NCBI GenBank assembly: GCA_963663545.1
Contig: OY760505.1
Coordinates: forward strand, 1,152,001-1,216,000
Length of the DNA stretch: 64,000 nt
Reading direction: 5' to 3'
Origin: Candidatus Delongbacteria bacterium
Lineage (GTDB): Bacteria > CAIWAD01
Numbering within the stretch: position 1 is the stretch's first letter; the number at the start of each line of letters is the position of its first letter. The translations under genes were made by a program, and so were the position numbers. Below, piece by piece: positions 58,741-64,000 of this stretch. A model generated the notes under the pieces. The model was given only the letters and a program-made list of their open reading frames with translations. It did no database searches and was not told the DNA's origin.

Positions 58741-59316
58741 TTAGGTCTCGGCCAGCGCCTTTAGTGCCCAGGCCATGTTCTCGCCAAGAGTGTGCATGGT
58801 TCGCAGGCCTTCCTCATCCTGATGAATATCGCCCGGCTCACGTCCAATACCCAGATTCCAGTAACTACTACCGACAACCATCATCTCGTTGACAAGAAAG
58901 AAGTGATTAATGGTATCGAAGGCGTGAAGTGCACCAGCGCGTCTCACAGCGATCACCGCAGCACCCAGTTTTCGCCGCAGCAGGTTCCGGCCTCTACACA
59001 CATACCCCACCCGGTCAATAAAGGCTTTGGTCTCTGCGGTTACATCGGTGAAATAGACGGGGGACCCTATCAGCAACGCATCAGCCTCCAGCACGCGCGG
59101 AATCAGCTCATTGATGCCGTCCTTGGTAATCACGCAGCCAGGGTGTTCACGCTCGAAGCACTTGCGACAGGCCGTGCAGCCGTGAATGGGCTGTCCGCCA
59201 ATCTGCAGCGTATCACATTCAATGCCCTCCTTGCGCAGGGACAGAAACACTTGTTCGATGAGCTGTGCCGTGTTTCCGCCTTTTCGTGGACTACCGTTGA
59301 TCGCCAGAACCTTCAT
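58741..59316 (-). CDS. Iron-sulfur flavoprotein / NADPH-dependent FMN reductase family
   Basis: GSPRKGGNT, C..C..C......C, GSPVYF, RRAG; ATG 59316 after AGGAG. Confidence 0.92.
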   Translation of the reverse strand: MKVLAINGSPRKGGNTAQLIEQVFLSLRKEGIECDTLQIGGQPIHGCTACRKCFEREHPGCVITKDGINELIPRVLEADALLIGSPVYFTDVTAETKAFIDRVGYVCRGRNLLRRKLGAAVIAVRRAGALHAFDTINHFFLVNEMMVVGSSYWNLGIGREPGDIHQDEEGLRTMHTLGENMAWALKALAET

Positions 59317-59404
59317 GCTTCTTCTCCTTTCGTGATACAAACAACATAGGGTAGAGCGACTACTTGCGCTTCCTTACTTTGCCAACAATCGAAAGGAGCC
59401 TCTC

Positions 59405-61183
59405 ATGAACCGATACCTGTTTGTTTCGCTGCTCCTGCTCTGCAGCGTCGGACCGATCCTGGCGCAAGAGATCTGCGTCTACCTGCAGGACCCCGACCAC
59501 AATATTGCCTATGTCGACAGTTGTGCCGCCTTCTGGGAAGGCGTCTGGGATGATGATCAGGGCGGCTTTTACACGAACGTCAGTCGCAGCGGCGGTGTCA
59601 CAGGAACCGCCAAGAACATGCTGACACAGACACGTAACGCATACGGCATGGTACGCGCCTTCATGCTCACCGGTGACACACAATGGCTTGCGCTGGCTCG
59701 GGAGGCGCTCTGGTGGATGCACGAGCACGCTTGGGATGAAAGCTATGGTGGATGGTTTGCCGAGTTAGATGAGGATGGTGATCCCACAAATCCTAACGGC
59801 GGGAAGTCTGCGTTTGACGCACACTACGCGCTATTGGGTCTGGCGGCATACGTTGAGGCGACACAGGATACCACCGCCTGGCGCTGGCTCCTGGAGGGCT
59901 ACGACTATCTGGAAGAGGTCTTCTGGGATGATCGCGACGACTACTTCGGCTACTACGACTGGGTCTACCGCGACGGCAGCAATCCTCACGGCAAGAGCTT
60001 CAATGCCACCGTAGATGCCATTACCACACATTGCCTGCTCTTGGAGCTGATGCAAGGCGATCCAGCCTACAACGCACGGCTGAATGAGCTCGCTGACAAC
60101 ATTGTAACCCACCTGGTGGGTAGCATGGACGACCAGGTGATCGGCTTTGCCGAGGAATACGATATCGACTGGACACCTGACAACGGTGAAACCATGACCA
60201 TCATGGGTCACGTGCTAAAAGCTGCCTGGTGTCTGGGGCGCATCTCGCGTGTCACGGGCGATGCCAGTTTGCTGGAACCCGCCAACCGCCTGTTCACAAA
60301 TGTCTGGGAAATGGGCTACGACCACGAGTACGGCGGCCCCTACAAGGACTACAACCGGCTGACGGGCGATATGCTGATGTGGGGCAATCCCGACACCACC
60401 AAAGCCTGGTGGCAGATGGAACAGGCGGTGATGGCCGGTCTTGAACTGAACGGTCTGCTGGGCGAGGACACGCGCCCAATTACTATGGCCGACAGCAGCC
60501 TGCACTTTTTCATGAACTACTTCGTGGATCACACCTATGGTGAGATCTACGAAAATCGCACGCGTGAGGGGGAGGAAACGTGGGGGACGACCAAGGGCAA
60601 TGGATCCAAGGCTGGCTACCACTCCATTGAAACCGGCTATTACAGTTACCTCTACGGACATCTATTGTATCACGGCGGCCACGCATCGTTGTACTACAGT
60701 TTTACGCCTGTCGACTACGACCGCCAATTGTCGCTGACGCCCATCGCAGTGGATGCCGCAGGTCTGGAGATAGTGGCTGTATCACACGAAGGCAACGAGT
60801 ACACCAATTTCAGCAGTGACACGCGCATCCTGACCTTGCCCGCAGGCACCGGAGGTATCTTTCTGGTGGAGTTCGCCCCCAACTCAAATACGCTGCCCGC
60901 AGCTCCCCGGACGCGGCCCGAAGAATTGCGCTTGCTGAGTTGCTATCCCAACCCCTTCAATGCCGCGTTGAACATCGAGTTTGAACTGGCCCATGCCGCA
61001 CGTATCACGCTGAGCGTCTACAACCTCATTGGCCAACGTGTGCGGCAGCCAGTTGCCGCCGACTACAGCTCCGGTCGCCATCAGCTCAACCTGAGTCTGG
61101 AAGATCAACCCACTGGAAACTACTTCGTGCGCCTGGACAATGGATCACAGATGACAATGGCCAGAGTCTTGATGCTGAAGTGA
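59405..61183 (+). CDS. Secreted AGE-family epimerase-like protein with YPNPFN C-terminal sorting domain
   Basis: Signal peptide; WD...GGF, TQTR..Y, GH...AW, K.WWQ..Q, K..YH; CYPNPFN CTD. Confidence 0.85.
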   Translation: MNRYLFVSLLLLCSVGPILAQEICVYLQDPDHNIAYVDSCAAFWEGVWDDDQGGFYTNVSRSGGVTGTAKNMLTQTRNAYGMVRAFMLTGDTQWLALAREALWWMHEHAWDESYGGWFAELDEDGDPTNPNGGKSAFDAHYALLGLAAYVEATQDTTAWRWLLEGYDYLEEVFWDDRDDYFGYYDWVYRDGSNPHGKSFNATVDAITTHCLLLELMQGDPAYNARLNELADNIVTHLVGSMDDQVIGFAEEYDIDWTPDNGETMTIMGHVLKAAWCLGRISRVTGDASLLEPANRLFTNVWEMGYDHEYGGPYKDYNRLTGDMLMWGNPDTTKAWWQMEQAVMAGLELNGLLGEDTRPITMADSSLHFFMNYFVDHTYGEIYENRTREGEETWGTTKGNGSKAGYHSIETGYYSYLYGHLLYHGGHASLYYSFTPVDYDRQLSLTPIAVDAAGLEIVAVSHEGNEYTNFSSDTRILTLPAGTGGIFLVEFAPNSNTLPAAPRTRPEELRLLSCYPNPFNAALNIEFELAHAARITLSVYNLIGQRVRQPVAADYSSGRHQLNLSLEDQPTGNYFVRLDNGSQMTMARVLMLK

Positions 61184-61214
61184 CGCAGACATAACTACGC
61201 TACTCCGCCAAAAG

Positions 61215-61252
61215 AGAGAAGCCCCCGGCCGACAAGGTCCGGGGGCTTCTCT
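61215..61252. terminator. Terminator hairpin between convergent genes
   Basis: AGAGAAGCCCCCGG...CCGGGGGCTTCTCT 14-bp stem. Confidence 0.75.
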
Positions 61253-61376
61253 GATCATCAGCGCATGTGTCGCAGGACACGGGTCATGGCAAAAGACGTG
61301 CGCTATCCGTTAGGCAAATCAATCACCACTGATCTGCTGCAACTTCATGCAAAGCGTTTCCTGAACTCAGACGGCC

Positions 61377-64000
61377 CTAGCGCACCAGGATCATCTTCTT
61401 CGCCTGACTCATGTTGTTGCTCGTCAGACGATAAACATAGACGCCGCTGGCCAATGCACTGGCATCAAAGCGAACCTGATGCGTACCAGAAGCCATCTCG
61501 CCGTTCACCAAAGTACGCACAAGCTGTCCCTGCAGGTTGTACACCGCCAGATTGACCTGGCCCGGTGTCACAATCTGAAAATCGATGATGGTTTCCGGAT
61601 TGAAGGGATTCGGGTAGTTCTGGGCCAGGTGGAACGCGCGAGGCTCGGCCTGTACCGCTACATCGGTATCCACATCATCAATACGAGTCGTGTAGATGTC
61701 CTTGATGTCTTCCTTGCCACTGGCACGCATATCGATCCAGCTCACATAGACACCGTCGGCGCGGTCATAGCTGACCGCAGGCTCACGCTGCGTGTGGAAG
61801 TACTCGGCAAACGTGCCGTTGTAGTTGACATGGTCAATAGCGCCGCCACCTGCAAACACATGAGCATCCTGGGCGTAAAGATCCTTGAAGCCGGTCGTAT
61901 CGGCTGTTTCCTCTGCGGAAAGCACCGCCACCAATCCGTTCCAACCATTACGCGGTACAATGGCACCGGTCACGTCTTCCTGCGTACCCGAAGCCACGTA
62001 GATCTCGCCATCGGTGTCACTCCACTCAAGGGTACCGTCAGCCAGCAGGTGACGCTGATAAGCATCGTCATCTACGTTGTTGCTGAAGTCGGTGTAAAGC
62101 ACGTAAGCGCCACCAGCGTTGTCGCTCAGAATCACGGGCGTCTTCTGGCTACCGGTGCGCATGTCTACTTCCCTTGTCCACAGCAGTGTGCCAGCGGCAT
62201 TATAGGCACGCGCGATCAGGTCAGAGTTGGAGTCTTCGGCGGCGTAATCCAGCCAAACGCCAATCAATCCACCGCCAGTACGAGCCACAGCGCGGGCGGC
62301 TTCCTGCTTGCCGTCGCCATCAGCAAAAGCAACTCCAGCCGCGTCGTACTGCATCTCACCGGCAGCACTCACGTACTGCATCAGCACGTTGGTGTCAGCC
62401 CAGTTGCCACTGTCCCACAGAATCCAGGCACCACCGTTGCCGTCGGGCACGATGGCATCAAACTTCTCGTTGATATCGGGCATGCTGTTGGCCGTGCTCG
62501 TGATACGCACGCCGTCGCCACCCCAGAGCTGGTTGCCGTTGAAGTCGAAGGCCTGAGCGCCAACTTCAGCATAGAAGTCGCTGTAGTCGGTGTCTACACC
62601 GGACCAGCCGATGACGACATGGTCACCGCTAAGGGCGATACGTACTCGCTCCTGGTACTCCAGACCACTGCTGGTATCAAAGTTCGGGGTAACGGGCTTG
62701 CTCTCGTCCCAGATCATGTTGCCGCTACCATCGACGCGCGTAAGGAAAGCCTGTTGAGCGCGGTCCGAGCCGGCTTCGATCAGGACGAAAGCACCGCCTT
62801 CGCCATCATCGAGCACCTGGTAGCTGAATTGGCCACCCGCAAGACTTAGATCAACGGGCACTCCGTTGTCATCGAGTTGCGGTTCGCCGTCCTGACGCGC
62901 CAGATTCTGCATGTAGACGTGAGGACCATCACCGTTGCGCGGATCAACCCAGAACACAAGCACTCCGTCATCGTTGCCGATGTTCTTCACGCTGGAGCAG
63001 CTTCCACTGATTCCCCAGGCGGAGTCATCACCGTCATCGGCAAAAGTGGCTTCGCCCGCGCTATTCAAGTGCTGAGTGAAGATGCCCAAACTGCCGCGAC
63101 TCAAATCGCCCCAGGCAACAAAGACGCCGCCTTCATTGTCAGGACGCAGAGCGGGTGCAATGGCGTCGTCACCGCTGTCGATGACGTACACGCCATCGTT
63201 GCTGTACAGACGCGTGCCGAACTCGGTCAGCTTCTGCGCGTAGATGGCCGCGTAGTTCTCGTGGCGATAATCTTCCCACACGACAAAGGCCGAGCCGTCG
63301 ACGTCGGCGGCCAGACGCGCCTGGCTCTGATTGCCCGCGGCCAAGGTCACCGGCACACCACCCTCGCCCCAGAGGGTCAGGTTGGTGGGCGACATCTTCT
63401 GCGCGTAGATGTCTGCCTGCGTGTTGCCCGGATCGTTGCGGTTGTCTTCCCAGATCATCAGCGTTGTGCCATCACCGGCAGGCGTGATACGCGGATTCGC
63501 CTCGGCGTTGTTTTCCTGTGCAGCCACAGCCACGCCACCAGCGGCAAATGTTGGTTCCAGGCTGGAGTTGAAATGCTGCACGTACACATCGCCGGCGTTG
63601 TCATTGCTCAGGTCGACCCACGCAACAAAGGCACCGTCGGCGCCATCCCAGGTGACTTTGGCCGAGTACTGACGTCCCGGCGCATCGGTGACAACTCGAC
63701 CGTTGTCGTTGTTGACATAGGTGCCATTGGCCAGCACATGCTCGATGTAGAGGTTGTCATCGGCAGCATCTCGCTGGTCAACCCATACAATGAAAGCACC
63801 ACCATTGCCATCGTGCTCCATCGACATGGTACGCTGATCACCCACTTCATTACAAAGTGCGCGACCATTGAGGCCGAAGTTGGTATCGATGTTGCCATCA
63901 ATGTCGATGTGGCTGAGGTAGAGATCCCAGGTCGTCGCGCGATGGTCGGACCAGACGATCCACGAGCCGCCCGCGCCATCGATGCACTGGCTCTTGCTCA
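61377..64000 (-). CDS. Large repeat-containing secreted protein with YPNPFN C-terminal sorting domain (5' end outside window)
   Basis: Frame open to window end; recurring DG.GGA..VW.D...DxY.Q units; LAQNYPNPFNPET...SGVYVYRL. Confidence 0.88.
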   Translation of the reverse strand, partial: SKSQCIDGAGGSWIVWSDHRATTWDLYLSHIDIDGNIDTNFGLNGRALCNEVGDQRTMSMEHDGNGGAFIVWVDQRDAADDNLYIEHVLANGTYVNNDNGRVVTDAPGRQYSAKVTWDGADGAFVAWVDLSNDNAGDVYVQHFNSSLEPTFAAGGVAVAAQENNAEANPRITPAGDGTTLMIWEDNRNDPGNTQADIYAQKMSPTNLTLWGEGGVPVTLAAGNQSQARLAADVDGSAFVVWEDYRHENYAAIYAQKLTEFGTRLYSNDGVYVIDSGDDAIAPALRPDNEGGVFVAWGDLSRGSLGIFTQHLNSAGEATFADDGDDSAWGISGSCSSVKNIGNDDGVLVFWVDPRNGDGPHVYMQNLARQDGEPQLDDNGVPVDLSLAGGQFSYQVLDDGEGGAFVLIEAGSDRAQQAFLTRVDGSGNMIWDESKPVTPNFDTSSGLEYQERVRIALSGDHVVIGWSGVDTDYSDFYAEVGAQAFDFNGNQLWGGDGVRITSTANSMPDINEKFDAIVPDGNGGAWILWDSGNWADTNVLMQYVSAAGEMQYDAAGVAFADGDGKQEAARAVARTGGGLIGVWLDYAAEDSNSDLIARAYNAAGTLLWTREVDMRTGSQKTPVILSDNAGGAYVLYTDFSNNVDDDAYQRHLLADGTLEWSDTDGEIYVASGTQEDVTGAIVPRNGWNGLVAVLSAEETADTTGFKDLYAQDAHVFAGGGAIDHVNYNGTFAEYFHTQREPAVSYDRADGVYVSWIDMRASGKEDIKDIYTTRIDDVDTDVAVQAEPRAFHLAQNYPNPFNPETIIDFQIVTPGQVNLAVYNLQGQLVRTLVNGEMASGTHQVRFDASALASGVYVYRLTSNNMSQAKKMILVR

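Larger units (their letters stand above)
3278..63490. repeat. Dispersed highly iterated motif GTATCAC/GTGATAC
   Basis: About 93 exact copies by manual scan, both orientations, e.g. 3278, 3369, 3709, 4023, 4058, 9199, 9217, 11359, 24999, 25026, 46645, 46654, 51049, 51069. Confidence 0.9.

Noticed and set aside
3278..63490. TGTATCAC as parS, Chi or KOPS
   Set aside because: It resembles a parS half-site but no 16-bp parS palindrome was seen, and both orientations are frequent, unlike polar Chi/KOPS.

Overview
Chromosomal, mostly minus-strand housekeeping region of a high-GC (~59%, estimated) diderm bacterium. Secreted proteins with YPNPFN C-terminal domains suggest the FCB group (inference). 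It carries the 5' part of fliD, rpsF-rpsR-rplI, a degenerate ECF transporter, hppA, the gcvT-comB-ftsK-lolA-flippase-wzc-ispE-spoVG-prs-rplY-pth run, envC-holB-PSP1-(MCP)-metG, a hybrid kinase, an NtrC/REC/HDOD-dus-hsp20-lon run, dnaJ-like, yggS-yggT-divIVA-punA-ileS-dksA-lspA-rluA-NYN, SDRs, an M32 peptidase and two secreted proteins. Main discoveries: (1) two ORFs that join across an in-frame UGA followed by a SECIS-like hairpin into one 840-aa selenocysteine octaheme cytochrome c / cytochrome b fusion; (2) a highly iterated quasi-palindromic motif GTATCAC/GTGATAC (~93 copies by hand versus ~6 expected), which even appears to supply an ATC start codon for lspA; (3) an ECF module whose two truncated ATPases carry complementary halves of one catalytic site; (4) a His->Asn hybrid pseudokinase; (5) helically phased TGGCAC repeats around an AT-rich core upstream of a FlgM-like gene. 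No rRNA, tRNA, CRISPR array or IS element was seen.
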